From an uncultured Nitrososphaeraceae archaeon (GTDB lineage Archaea > Thermoproteota > Nitrososphaeria > Nitrososphaerales > Nitrososphaeraceae), in assembly GCA_963765895.1 (NCBI GenBank), contig CAVXZB010000019.1, positions 224,001-288,000 on the forward strand: a stretch of DNA of 64,000 bases. Reading direction: 5' to 3'. The notes beneath the pieces are model-generated. The model had not been told where the DNA came from and did no database searches. It saw nothing but the letters and a program-made list of their open reading frames with translations. Below are positions 40,489 through 51,452 of the stretch, in pieces (position 1 is the stretch's first letter; each line of letters starts with the position of its first letter). The translations under genes and the position numbers were made by a program.

Positions 40489-41349
40489 TCATTCAGTTCG
40501 AGGGGATGAGAGAATATAGTTTACTACGGCTAGAGTGCCCAAAATCGCTTCTTCAAGTCTTACGGTTTTTGTACCCTGCATTGGAAATGAATTTACGACA
40601 AATTCAAAGGACTTGATGTCTGTTTTTTCATTTTTGAGAATTTCCGCAAGGCCGCTCTTTGGAGAACCAAATACTATCAGCAAGCTTTGTGCAGATCTAA
40701 GACGCCCAATGAGACGTCCTTCGATCTTCCTGAGCTCCGCTCCGGCCCTTGAGGTTAACAATAATACCGCGTTAAGTTGATTTCTCATCAGGGAGGTCAA
40801 ATCAACCGTCTCTAACACTTTGTATCCCCAGTACTTATCCCCAATATCTTCTGCCGTTGCCTCCACCACATAGTGGTGCGGGTAACCAGCCATAAATTTT
40901 AAATTTAAAATGCTATCTACTCGGGCATTTCCCTTAAACCTTACTAGTTCCTTCAAACCAACGTTAGCATAAAGAACACCGCCTCTTTGAACAATCAATC
41001 CAACTCGCACCTCACCTTCATTAATCTGATGTAGGTTCTGAAACGGCTTGTGATGAGGAGCAATAATCGGATGAAGTAGCCCGGAAAACTGAAGCTGATC
41101 CACGATTGGGTACACCAATTTTCGAAGGTAAGGAGGGGTATTGAGAAATTTCAATATGATTTTGAGCAAGTTTAAGTCGACTTTTGTAAATCGAGCGGTT
41201 TTATCATGGTAGATGTAAATCCTCGTGACTCGAAATATTGAACAAGCTCTAGCAATCTGGGAAACCATCATACTCTTGTCACGCTTAGTTCCCTGATCGG
41301 AAAGTGAAGAATCTGGAACTGCTACCCACAGCTCGGAACTTCGGAACAT
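40489..41349 (-). CDS. SPOUT-family RNA methyltransferase (DUF171)
   Basis: VAVPDSSL, IARACSIFRV, TPPYLRK, YWGY, VFGSP, QGTKTVRLEEA; usual position before rpl3. Confidence 0.9.
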   Translation of the reverse strand: MFRSSELWVAVPDSSLSDQGTKRDKSMMVSQIARACSIFRVTRIYIYHDKTARFTKVDLNLLKIILKFLNTPPYLRKLVYPIVDQLQFSGLLHPIIAPHHKPFQNLHQINEGEVRVGLIVQRGGVLYANVGLKELVRFKGNARVDSILNLKFMAGYPHHYVVEATAEDIGDKYWGYKVLETVDLTSLMRNQLNAVLLLTSRAGAELRKIEGRLIGRLRSAQSLLIVFGSPKSGLAEILKNEKTDIKSFEFVVNSFPMQGTKTVRLEEAILGTLAVVNYILSSPRTE

Positions 41350-42012
41350 TTAACCCATCAATAGTTGCTCAATAAGATACTCTAAGGAATTGCTAGATCC
41401 AAAACTTATGTCGTGCACATGGCCCCTCTTATCTATTAGAATACTTGAGGGTGTTCCCTTCAATCCATACTCTTCAAAAGTTTTCGCAGCATAAATTTTT
41501 GTTTTAAGATATCGCTTTACGTTTGCAATAATTCTCTGTCTTTCTTCCTCTGGATATGATCTAAAGTTTTCAATATTAATTTCAATGAAATCCATGACTC
41601 TATTCTCGGTGGGGTTTGTATCAAGTCGTTGTAAATCATCCATTGCAACGGGATAAGGAATCCGATAGGTTAGCTTATTTGCATCCCTTAGCTTACCATA
41701 TTGTGATAGTACTCTCTGTGTCTCACCTATTACTTCTCCGTTTTCTACCAGTTTTCTCAAATTCTCTAAATTGTTCTTATCATAATCCTCAAATGCTGTT
41801 GCCAACCCCAATACCTTAAAATTACTATTTCCGAATCGGTTATACAGCCTAATACTTTCAGGGATTCCATAAATAAAGCAACCAGGACAATTAACTTGGA
41901 ATACCTCGACTAGAATTACATTATCTCTTTCCTTATCAATATTAGTTGGCTTTCCTTGAATCCACTCTGAAATCTTTAGATTAGGCGCTCTCTTACCAAT
42001 TATATTGTTCAT
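41350..42012 (-). CDS. Redoxin/TlpA-like thioredoxin-fold protein
   Basis: APNL, FQVNCPGC (CxxC), GTPSSILIDK. Confidence 0.85.
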   Translation of the reverse strand: MNNIIGKRAPNLKISEWIQGKPTNIDKERDNVILVEVFQVNCPGCFIYGIPESIRLYNRFGNSNFKVLGLATAFEDYDKNNLENLRKLVENGEVIGETQRVLSQYGKLRDANKLTYRIPYPVAMDDLQRLDTNPTENRVMDFIEINIENFRSYPEEERQRIIANVKRYLKTKIYAAKTFEEYGLKGTPSSILIDKRGHVHDISFGSSNSLEYLIEQLLMG

Positions 42013-42078
42013 GTGATGAATACTGAATATAAAACTGCGCTAATATATCTCGCTTGTTTCATAAAGGATAGAACAAGC

Positions 42079-42817
42079 TCACGGTTCACCCTTGGTCTGC
42101 CGATCCTTTGAGATTGCAGCATACTTTTCGATTTCTTGCTCTTCTATCTTCCTCATGATTTTGTCTTCGTTACTTATCATTGCCATTTTGATGTGTCGGG
42201 TACCCGTTTTCTCCTCACTGACAAGATAAATGGATTCCATAGCTAATGCTGCCTCCTTCATCCATGGATGAGTCATTTTTATAATTCTTCTCTAGGAACT
42301 CGGTTACTTGGTCGCTACCGGCACCTATGGCAACAGCATCATAGCCAATATAAGTACCACTTGGATCTGTAAGATACAGCGAAGCCCCGTTCGCATCCAC
42401 ACCAGCAAGTATAAGCGCTACGCCAAACGGTCGCACACCTGCATATTGCGTGAACTGTTGGGCCATATCTGCAATATTTTTAGCAACCCCTTCCACATCA
42501 ACTGGTTCGTCGTAGATTAAGCGATTGCTTTGAGCAAAAAATCTGGCATGATCAATCTGGGTTCGAGCATCTGGAATATATCCAGCCGCTGCTACACCTA
42601 TGTGATCGTCAACTTGAAAAATCTTTTGAGTCACGTTCGAGATTTGCAATTTCCTTGCCTTTTCCTCTACTGCTAGAATCACCCCACCTTTAGTTTTTAT
42701 GCCAATGGCTAAAGTGCCTCTCCTAACAGTCTCAATTGCATATTCAACTTGATAAAGTCTGCCATCGGGAGAAAATACAGTAATCGCTCTATCATATCCT
42801 GCTGCTGCTGGTAACAA
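42079..42817 (-). CDS. psmA: Proteasome alpha subunit (apparent frameshift near 42257)
   Basis: YDRAITVFSPDGRLYQVEYA, RPFGVAL, TDPSG; C-terminus continues in ORF 42079-42276. Confidence 0.95.
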
Positions 42818-42905
42818 TACATTTTCTACTACTTTGTGGAGTTTAATTTAAATTTACCTTAGTTATATTTATATCCCATAATAACATCCGCGTCTTACTT
42901 TCGAT

Positions 42906-43325
42906 ATGCCTGAGGATGAAATTGTCTTTTACGGTCATCATAATGTTAGATGTCTACATCCGAGGACTATTGAAGTCACAACTGACTCACATCTGACACT
43001 AAGAGGCGACTGCATTATAGGCGTAAGAGCAAGCAAGGCTTGCAACGATTTGAATGATCGTTTGAAAAGCAGCATTCAGGATGATCTCGCAGTGATCAGG
43101 ATGGAGATCTCGGTCGGAAACGCCATAATGCAGATTAATGGAAGAGGTGATAAGCATTTGTCTTTGTCTAGCCAAACCGAAGTTGTCATAAGGAAATCAA
43201 ATTTTATTTCCTCCAGAACTCTCTGTATCAATTGTGACAAGGGGTCAGCAGACATGCCAAAAGTGATGATAAGACTATTACAAGACCCTTCATCAAAAGG
43301 AACTCTGAAGATAACATCTGAATAA
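42906..43325 (+). CDS. DUF371 domain protein
   Basis: GHHNVRCLHPRTIEVTTD.HLTLRGDCIIGV, VIRKS, RTL. Confidence 0.88.
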   Translation: MPEDEIVFYGHHNVRCLHPRTIEVTTDSHLTLRGDCIIGVRASKACNDLNDRLKSSIQDDLAVIRMEISVGNAIMQINGRGDKHLSLSSQTEVVIRKSNFISSRTLCINCDKGSADMPKVMIRLLQDPSSKGTLKITSE

Positions 43326-43355
43326 AATGCTAAAAGGATTGTTCGAATATTGGGA

Positions 43356-44204
43356 TTAATGAGCTTGTCTAGATATTTCCTTGAATGCAAAATTGTATCT
43401 CTTTGTTAATTCATAAGTAATTTCAGATGGAATTACAAGCGACTCCTTTTTAATCTTATTATCAAGAATCTGTTGCATAAGTCCTGATTTTTTTAGCCAA
43501 TCCCTCAGGAGCTGTTTATCATAGCTGATTTGATCACTTCCAGGAAGATAACTGGACTTCAGCCACAGTCGAAATTCGTCAGGACCTATAGAATCAGCCA
43601 GAATTAGTCTATTATCAGAATCCCTACCGAATTCAAACTTCACGTCAGCAATAATGAACTTGGCCTTCTCGGCAAGAGCACTCATTTTGTTGTATAACGA
43701 TATCGATGCCTGTTCGAGAAATTCGTATTCATTTGCGGATAGCACTTCTGACTCTAATATTTTTCTTTTAGTAGTTGGTAGATCGTGTAGGTCAGATTTC
43801 GTTGAAGGATCCAAAATCGGAAAAGGTAATTTTGCGGCCTTTAACGGCCTGAAGGATTCACCAGATAGCCTTCCAGTATTTTCATTGTTTGTGAACCTCT
43901 CGAATAAACTTCCGTACAAATATCCTCTTACGACAAATTCTAGTGGGATAACCCTTAGCCCCCGTACTTCCATCATGTCTTTTTTCGGAACGGCTATCAT
44001 ATGATTCGGAAAATCAAGGAAGTCGAACCAAAATTTAGCGAAGCTGCATAAAATCTCTCCTTTGTGTGGCACCAAAGTTGCCATTTTGATATCAAATGCA
44101 GAAATGCGATCGGAAAAATGGAATAACAAATGGCCATTGTCCAATTCATAAATGTCTTTCACCTTGCCTTGTCGCACGAGTTTCAAGCATTCACTCCTGA
44201 ACAT
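43356..44204 (-). CDS. purC: SAICAR synthetase
   Basis: GKVKDIY, SDRISAFD, EFVVRGYLYGS, DVKFEFG, PDEFRLW, DKQLLRDW; start uncertain. Confidence 0.94.
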   Translation of the reverse strand: MFRSECLKLVRQGKVKDIYELDNGHLLFHFSDRISAFDIKMATLVPHKGEILCSFAKFWFDFLDFPNHMIAVPKKDMMEVRGLRVIPLEFVVRGYLYGSLFERFTNNENTGRLSGESFRPLKAAKLPFPILDPSTKSDLHDLPTTKRKILESEVLSANEYEFLEQASISLYNKMSALAEKAKFIIADVKFEFGRDSDNRLILADSIGPDEFRLWLKSSYLPGSDQISYDKQLLRDWLKKSGLMQQILDNKIKKESLVIPSEITYELTKRYNFAFKEISRQAH

Positions 44205-44331
44205 GCCGCTGATAAATACTTCTTCCTCAGAAGATTCAGATAGCTGCATGATAATTTTCACGTCGCTTAATCGTGGCGATAGTCCGAATCAGAACTTCTA
44301 AATTGCAGTTGTGAAAATGAATGAAAACCAA

Positions 44332-44406
44332 AGGTCATGGTGGGATTCGAACCCACGACCTAAGGTTTACAAAACCTTCGCTCTAACCAGGCTGAGCTAC
44401 ATGACC
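44332..44406 (-). tRNA. tRNA-Thr(TGT)
   Basis: 75-nt cloverleaf GGTCATG/CATGACC-T; anticodon stem AAGGT/ACCTT with loop TT-TGT-AA; T loop TTCGAAT. Confidence 0.9.
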
Positions 44407-44499
44407 GCGACTTTGGTGGTTATCGAGTTCATCTGACGTAATTAATACTTTGTTGGCCCTAAATTTCCTTTAATTATAACCCTATTTTATACAAATGTT

Positions 44500-44793
44500 A
44501 TGAAAAACAATGGATCCACAGAGTCGAGATTTATAGTGCTTGTTAATATAGAAAATAAACCCTATATTAGTGATCCCGAAGGCGACACAATTCTTCGAGA
44601 CTTGGTTTTGAAGGAGGGATATTCAATAGTCGAATCCATTCGATCAGCAAAGGCCCTAAAAATGAAAGTAAGGGCTAGAAATCCCAAACATGCAGAGAAA
44701 ATCGTTAGGAAGATTTGTGAGGAATTAAGAATTTTCAATCCAATATTAAGTAACTGCACAGTGAAAGTAATCGGAACCATTTCAAAGGAGTAA
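44500..44793 (+). CDS. purS: FGAM synthase subunit PurS
   Basis: DPEGDTI, IRSAK, NP; upstream of purQ and purL. Confidence 0.9.
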   Translation: MKNNGSTESRFIVLVNIENKPYISDPEGDTILRDLVLKEGYSIVESIRSAKALKMKVRARNPKHAEKIVRKICEELRIFNPILSNCTVKVIGTISKE

Positions 44794-45028
44794 CAAACCA
44801 CTTAGTAGCGTTGCTCAATATGCAAAATTGCTACTATATCAATTAGGAGTGAGAACGCCAATAAATACACTTCCGACATGACTAAAGAAGTATTTACTGA
44901 CCACCTCGAGATGAGTTTGATACCGTGGCATGTGATTTTCCAATAACTTTCAAGTATCTTTCTAAGTTTTTGCGTCAGAACGAACCAGAAAGAAATCAAT
45001 AAATCCAGTTTAACTGTACTATCGCTCC

Positions 45029-45716
45029 GTGGTTCGAGTTGGTATATTAGTTTTTCCAGGTAGCAATTGTGAAAGGGACGTCCATACTGTCCTTATACAA
45101 TATGCCGGGATAGAACCAGAGCTTATATGGCACACTAAAAGTGATCTAGGGAAATACGATGCGTTTGTCGTTCCTGGCGGATTTTCATATGGCGATAGCT
45201 TACGTGCAGGTGCTATAGCTCGCCCACAGCCCTGTAATTGAACAATTGAAAAAGATGGCCAAGCAGAATGTTCCGATTTTGGGAATTTGCAATGGTTTTC
45301 AGATTCTAGTTGAATCAGGTTTGCTTCCTGGCGCACTGACAACTAACTCATCTCTTAAATTTGTATGCAAGCGAGCAAATCTTGTGGTAGAAAATAACAC
45401 CACCCCCTTTACAAGCCTGTTGAAGAGAGGAGAGGTTATATCTATTCCTGTTGCGCATGGTCAAGGTCGTTACATTATCGATGTCCAATCATTTAGAAAA
45501 CTCAAAAGGAATAAACAGATACTATTTAGATATATTGACGAAAACATTAATGGATCAATGAATGACGTTGCAGCAGTCTGTAATGAGCAAGGTAACGTAG
45601 TGGGTATGATGCCTCATCCGGAGAGAGCAGTGGCACCTCGGGGGAGACTAGAAGTGCATAATTCTAGGGAACATCTGATATTCGAGTCTCTCCGCGCCAG
45701 TCTCTCTCACCATTGA
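45029..45716 (+). CDS. purQ: FGAM synthase subunit PurQ (apparent frameshift near 45221)
   Basis: FPGSNCERD, PGGFSYGD, GICNGFQIL, AHGQG, GMMPHPER. Confidence 0.94.
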
Positions 45717-45738
45717 AATTCTGTGAGGTAGGAAGACC

Positions 45739-47941
45739 ATGTCTAGCATCACGAAGGCCGAAAATGAATACTTGCGAAAAAAATTACGTCGTAAACCGAG
45801 CAAATTTGAGCTTGATGTCATCAGCGCCGAATGGTCGGAGCATTGTTCGTACAAATCATCAAAAAAGTTCATTAGGAAATTTCCCAATCAGAGTAAATAC
45901 GTCCTGCAAGGTGTTTCGTCTGACGCTGCCCTGTTAGATATTGGTCGAGGTTACGTGCTCGCTGTTCACATTGAAAGTCATAATCATCCATCCGCAGTTG
46001 AACCATACGGGGGCTCAGCCACCGGTGTGGGCGGAGTCATCAGAGATATACTCTCACTAGGGACTCGGCCTATTGCCATCCTAAATGCGCTTCGGTTTGC
46101 CCCAATCGATCATATTTCTAAAAGACAATCGCAGAAGTCCAGATGGCTATTGAGGAATGTAACTAAGGGCATTGCAGATTATGGAAATTGCATAGGCATT
46201 CCTACAGTTGGCGGAGAAATGGAATTTGATAGTGGATTTAGCAATTACTGCCTAGTTGACGTAGCCGCGATTGGAATTAGTAAGCGTAACAAGATTGTTC
46301 CGAATACATCAAACCCAGGCGATGTAGTTCTCTTGGTAGGCGGCGAGACGGGAAGAGATGGCATTCACGGCTCTTCATTTGCCTCAAAGGAGTTAAATTT
46401 AGAAGATCGATCCGCTGTCCAAATACCAGATCCCTTCACCGAGAAGCTGCTGATTGAAGGATTACTTGAAGCAGTTGACAAAGGCTTGATTAAAGCCATG
46501 AAAGACCTTGGTGGTGGAGGACTTTCTTGTTGTCTGTCTGAAATATCCGTAATGTTATCAAAAGGACTTGAAATAGACATTTCAAAAATACACGTCAAGG
46601 AGGATGGAATGTCGCCTTCCGAAATTATGATATCAGAGTCTCAGGAAAGAATGCTGGTCGTCACAAGCCAAAGAAAATCGAAAAATCTAGTAAAGGTTCT
46701 TGAGAAGTATAATTTACGATATTCAATAATTGGATCTGTAAAAGGAAATAAAAACCTAGTCATCAAAGACAGAGGAAAGGTAATCATGAATATGCCGTCA
46801 TTGTTTATTTGTCGGGCCCCACTCATTGATAGAAGATCCGCAGCTCCGAAATCTAGAAGTATTAATCCAGTCCCCCAATTTGGTAAGCGTCCGATAGATA
46901 TAGCTAAAAGAATCCTTCAACTTTTGGGGAATCCTAACATCGCCGGCAAAGAATGGATTTATCAACAATTCGACTACGATGTTGGTATTAGAACTACGTT
47001 GAAGCCAGGAGAGGCTGATTCGAGTGTTATTAGTTTAGAGAACGGAAAATTCTTAGCTATTAAACTCGATGGAAATTCTAAGCAGTGTAATTTGGATCCA
47101 TATCAGGGTACTTTAAACGTCCTGTCAGAGGTCTGTAGAAATATTGTCTCTACTGGTGGTAATCCAGTTGCAATCTTTGATCATCTCCAATTCGGTAGCC
47201 CAGAAAGACCCGAGATTTTCTGGGCTTTTAAACAATCAGTCCAAGCAATTATTGATTATTGTACTTTTATGGATCTCCCAGTAGTCGGTGGAAAGGTTAG
47301 CTTTTATAACGAAACATCAGAAGGCCCTATCAAGCATTCGCCTGTGATTGGTGCAATTGGGCTAATTGATCGGTCAGAGCTGGATAATGCAACCCGGCCT
47401 TAGTTCAGATGAATCTATATTTATAATTGGTAATACGAAAGATGAAATGGGTGGTTCAGAATTTTATGAAGCTACTGGCAACAAAGAAAATGGAAGAATA
47501 CCGACTGTAGATCTGAATGTAGATAGACTTAATTCAAAAGCTGTCTTAAAGCTAATTCGTGGCAATGTTGTAAGATCTCTTCATGATTGCTCAAAAGGAG
47601 GTCTAGGAATATCACTGTGTGAAATGGCAATGGCTGGTGAAAATGGCTTCCAAGTATATTTAGATAGGGTACCTAACACCTGTTCTACTATATACGATCT
47701 TATATTTTCTGAATCCCCTTCTCGATATGTAGTAGGTACCGATGACAGAGATGGGGTTCACAGGATACTTTCCGCTATAGGTGGCCTAAAATATTCTGAA
47801 ATAGGAACAGCAACTAGCAAGGGATCAGACGCTATCTTATATCATAGAAAAATTGGAGGCCCGGTGACGCTATCGCGCAAGAGTATCGTGAGAAGCTATG
47901 GAAGATTAGGAACCATCATGGAACAGAATTCCGTAAGCTGA
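45739..47941 (+). CDS. purL: FGAM synthase subunit PurL (apparent frameshift near 47371)
   Basis: WSEHCSYKSS, ESHNHPS, TGRDGIHG, DLGGGG, SESQERM, GKVSFYNE; HDCSKGG and FSES in the second frame. Confidence 0.95.
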
Positions 47942-47944
47942 CCA

Positions 47945-47979
47945 GACTGGGAGGGAAAATCGAACCTGCTACCCCAGTC
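47945..47979. other. GC-rich hairpin immediately after the purL stop
   Basis: GACTGGG...CCCAGTC 7-bp stem. Confidence 0.35.
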
Positions 47980-48161
47980 GCTATCATTGTGCTATACCTT
48001 TGTGATAATATTGTAAATTATTGACTGCGACACATTTTTTAGTCGATTATGAGAGTTTAATGTACATTTGGATCCTAGTCGATCACACATCTTTATGCTC
48101 ATGAATGGTATACAATTTCGAATACCTGTCATAAAGGAAATAAATTTATGTGGTTATAGTA

Positions 48162-49598
48162 ATGGTACATGAGAATTGCGGCGTATTTGGCGCATTTTCA
48201 ATTAACGGTGATAATGTCACTCCACTTGTAATTGATTGTCTGAGAGCCCTACAGCATCGGGGTCAGGAAGCATGGGGGATCGCTGTTCCAAATAAACTGC
48301 CATTCAAAAGACTGGGTTTAGTCTCTGCATCAGCTTCTGAATTTAAAAGTATTTCCAAAAAATATAAATCTAATATAGCAATTGGACATGTTCGATATTC
48401 CACTTTTGGTAAAAGTACGCTAAGCAACGCTCAACCTATAAAAGTAAAGGATCTGTGTGTAGCTCATAACGGTACCATAGCGAATGTGGAAGAAATGTCT
48501 GGCATGGTAGGAGGCTGTACGTTCACTCCTCATACGATGAGTGATACGCTCGTAGCTGCTCAACGACTAATCATGCATTTGGAAAAAAATCCTAGCATGA
48601 CTGATTCTATTTCCATCCTAAAAAGTGAGATAGTCGGCTCATTTTGCTTCATGTTCTTGACAGATAATTCTTCTGTTTATGCCGCAAGGGACCCCAGGGG
48701 ATTCAGGCCATTAGTACCTGGAAATCATACAGAAACCAACACATACATGATCGCATCAGAATCTTGTGCTTTTTCAGCAGTTGGGGCGAAACTACTGAGA
48801 GACGTAGAACCAGGCGAAATCATAAAACTAGACAAAGAAGGCATCAAAAGCGAACGTTTTGCAAAGGAGCCTCACGCCCACTGCGCTTTTGAATTTACAT
48901 ATTTTGCTCACCCAACTAGTATAATGGAAGGAGTAAACGTATATGCGGCTCGAAAACGAATTGGACAACTCCTTGCTAAAAAATATCCGATTGTCGATGC
49001 TGATTTAGTGATTCCTGTGCCAGATTCAGCTAGACCTGCAGCTCTCGGCTATTCAGAAGCACTAGGATTACCGTTTGAGGAAGGGTTGTTAAAAAATAGA
49101 TATAGTAAAAAGGGTTCGATGCGCAGTTTTATAGAACCATATGGAGAAACAAGAGTAGAAATTAACAAGGGAATTATACCTATTAGAGACGTTATAGAGA
49201 AGAAAAAGGTCGTTGTTATCGACGATAGTATAGTTAGAGGTACCAGCTCTCACTCCATCGTAAAAATGCTGCGTGCTTCTGGTGCTAAAGAAATTAGCAT
49301 GATAGTTACTTATCCACCAATTCGATTCCCGTGTTATGCTGGTATAGATTTCCCTTCGCAGGAAGAGCTTATCGCATATCAAGAGACAAGGAATGAAACT
49401 TCCATCGAAAAAATTGGCTCCAACATATCAAAAATAATTGGTGCCGATTTTACAGGATATAATGATACCTCTACCTTGGCTGAGGCTATTGGAATTTCGG
49501 AAGACCAACTTTGCTTTACTTGTTCTACGGGCGACTATTCTTCACTCGGAATCACGCCAATTTTTAAAACTAGGAAAGAAATGAAGGGCGAAGATTAG
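48162..49598 (+). CDS. purF: Amidophosphoribosyltransferase
   Basis: ENCGVFG (Ntn Cys), LQHRGQE, GHVRYST, HNG, VIDDSIVRGT, YAGID. Confidence 0.97.
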   Translation: MVHENCGVFGAFSINGDNVTPLVIDCLRALQHRGQEAWGIAVPNKLPFKRLGLVSASASEFKSISKKYKSNIAIGHVRYSTFGKSTLSNAQPIKVKDLCVAHNGTIANVEEMSGMVGGCTFTPHTMSDTLVAAQRLIMHLEKNPSMTDSISILKSEIVGSFCFMFLTDNSSVYAARDPRGFRPLVPGNHTETNTYMIASESCAFSAVGAKLLRDVEPGEIIKLDKEGIKSERFAKEPHAHCAFEFTYFAHPTSIMEGVNVYAARKRIGQLLAKKYPIVDADLVIPVPDSARPAALGYSEALGLPFEEGLLKNRYSKKGSMRSFIEPYGETRVEINKGIIPIRDVIEKKKVVVIDDSIVRGTSSHSIVKMLRASGAKEISMIVTYPPIRFPCYAGIDFPSQEELIAYQETRNETSIEKIGSNISKIIGADFTGYNDTSTLAEAIGISEDQLCFTCSTGDYSSLGITPIFKTRKEMKGED

Positions 49599-49687
49599 AA
49601 TGTCAACCAATTTGACCTTGCGATAACAAAAAAAAGTATTAGCCATTACCGGAGTAGGTTAAATTTAGCCGCATCGAAAGTGCTAAA

Positions 49688-50158
49688 TCAATTCAACTTG
49701 CCTTCTACGTCTTCAGCACTTTGCAATACCCGTTGCTCCATCTCCTTTCTATATTTATAAAGCTTGTTTGATAACTCCTCATTTTCGAGTGCGAGGATCT
49801 GACAGGCCAAGAGTCCCGCATTTTTCGAACCGTTCACTGCTACAGTAGCCACTGGCACTCCAAATGGCATTTGTACGATTGAGAGCAGGGAATCTACGCC
49901 ATCAAACGAAATTCTTATTGGGACTCCGATGACTGGGAGAGTGGTTAGCGAAGCTAGCATCCCTGGTAGATGAGCTGCACCGCCAGCTCCGGCGATAATA
50001 ACCCTTATTCCGCGGCTCCTACAGGTCCGTGCGTAATCAATCATTTTATCCACGGTTCTATGGGCAGAAACAATCCTGATTTCGTATTTTACATCAAAGA
50101 GCTTTAATATCTCGGCGGCTTCTAGCATAACACTTAGATCAGATTCACTTCCCATCAA
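49688..50158 (-). CDS. purE: N5-CAIR mutase
   Basis: [36 protein letters not shown]; true start unclear (see findings). Confidence 0.95.
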   Translation of the reverse strand: MMGSESDLSVMLEAAEILKLFDVKYEIRIVSAHRTVDKMIDYARTCRSRGIRVIIAGAGGAAHLPGMLASLTTLPVIGVPIRISFDGVDSLLSIVQMPFGVPVATVAVNGSKNAGLLACQILALENEELSNKLYKYRKEMEQRVLQSAEDVEGKLN

Positions 50159-50194
50159 AATACCTACGCTACTGTGCGATAACTCTACTCGCCT

Positions 50195-51364
50195 CTAACT
50201 TGCCTCAATTATCCTTAACGATCGACTAGCGAGTTCTGCCCTTCGCATGGATTGTCTTAAGGAATTTGCAACTGCAGTAATGTGACCAAGTTTTCTACGA
50301 GGTTTGGTTATCGACTTCCCATATAGATGAAGTTTTACTCCTGGTATGGCAAAGAGCGGTTTTATTCCTTCCAATTTATAGGAACCTTGAAATTCGTTTG
50401 GTCCTAAAATATTGTACATTGTAGCAGGGGACAATAATTCCGGCTTAGAGAGTGGGAGGTCCAACACAGCTCTTAAATGTTGCTCAAATTGTGAAACTGA
50501 AGAGGCCTCGATAGTGTAATGGCCGGAATTGTGTGGGCGCGGGGCAATTTCATTTAACACTACCTTGTCATCGGCTGTTACAAACATCTCTATTCCAAAG
50601 ATGCCAGCAGTCTTAAAAGCATGCATAATATTACATGCAATTTTTCTCGCTTTTTTCTTGACAACATTTGAAACCCTGCCTGGAACAATACTACGATCCA
50701 AGATCCCCTGCTTATGACGATTTTCTGCTACAGGAAAACATTCAATCTGACCACTCATGTTTCTTGCAACCATAATTGATATCTCATTTTCAAACTTGAC
50801 GAACTCTTCAAGCATACATTCTCTGCCAGCAAAGTATCGTAATGCGTCGTGAATTTCACCAGTAGATCTTATGAAATAATTGCCCCTTCCGTCGTAACCA
50901 TTTTCACATGCCTTAAGGATCACTGGAAATCCATAGTCCCTTGCATTCCTCACTAAATCTTCCTCTGAGTTAATGAGAGTAAAATTAGGAACAGGAATCT
51001 TATTTTTCTTCATGAATATTTTTTGTCTATACTTATTCTGTATAATATAAAGCGTTTCAGGTGATGGGCGGATCTCGTAATTTTTCGATCCTAGTTCCTT
51101 TAATGCTGCAGAATTGGTAAACTCGATTTCATATGTAAGCAAATCAGATTTACTAGCTAACAATTTAAGCGAACTATCACTTTTAAAGTCAGAAACAATC
51201 AAATCGTCACAAACCTTTGCCGCCGGACAATTCGGGTCGGGATCTAAAATCAGGACCTTAAGTGACAGTCTTTTTGCCTCTTGTGAAAGCATTTTTCCAA
51301 GCTGACCTCCTCCTATAATTCCGATGCAAAGTGGGTTTCCTGATGCGAATGCTCCTTTTTTCAA
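50195..51364 (-). CDS. purK: N5-CAIR synthetase
   Basis: GIIGGGQLGKM, GYDGRG, NEIAPRPHNSGHYT, SQFEQHLRA, RKLGH. Confidence 0.96.
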   Translation of the reverse strand: MKKGAFASGNPLCIGIIGGGQLGKMLSQEAKRLSLKVLILDPDPNCPAAKVCDDLIVSDFKSDSSLKLLASKSDLLTYEIEFTNSAALKELGSKNYEIRPSPETLYIIQNKYRQKIFMKKNKIPVPNFTLINSEEDLVRNARDYGFPVILKACENGYDGRGNYFIRSTGEIHDALRYFAGRECMLEEFVKFENEISIMVARNMSGQIECFPVAENRHKQGILDRSIVPGRVSNVVKKKARKIACNIMHAFKTAGIFGIEMFVTADDKVVLNEIAPRPHNSGHYTIEASSVSQFEQHLRAVLDLPLSKPELLSPATMYNILGPNEFQGSYKLEGIKPLFAIPGVKLHLYGKSITKPRRKLGHITAVANSLRQSMRRAELASRSLRIIEAS

Positions 51365-51452
51365 CTGAATCCTGTTTTTTATCGTCGGGTTAGATCAAAT
51401 TAAAGTATTTGCCATCTACTAAATGAACATATGAAGAAAACCGCCTTACATA

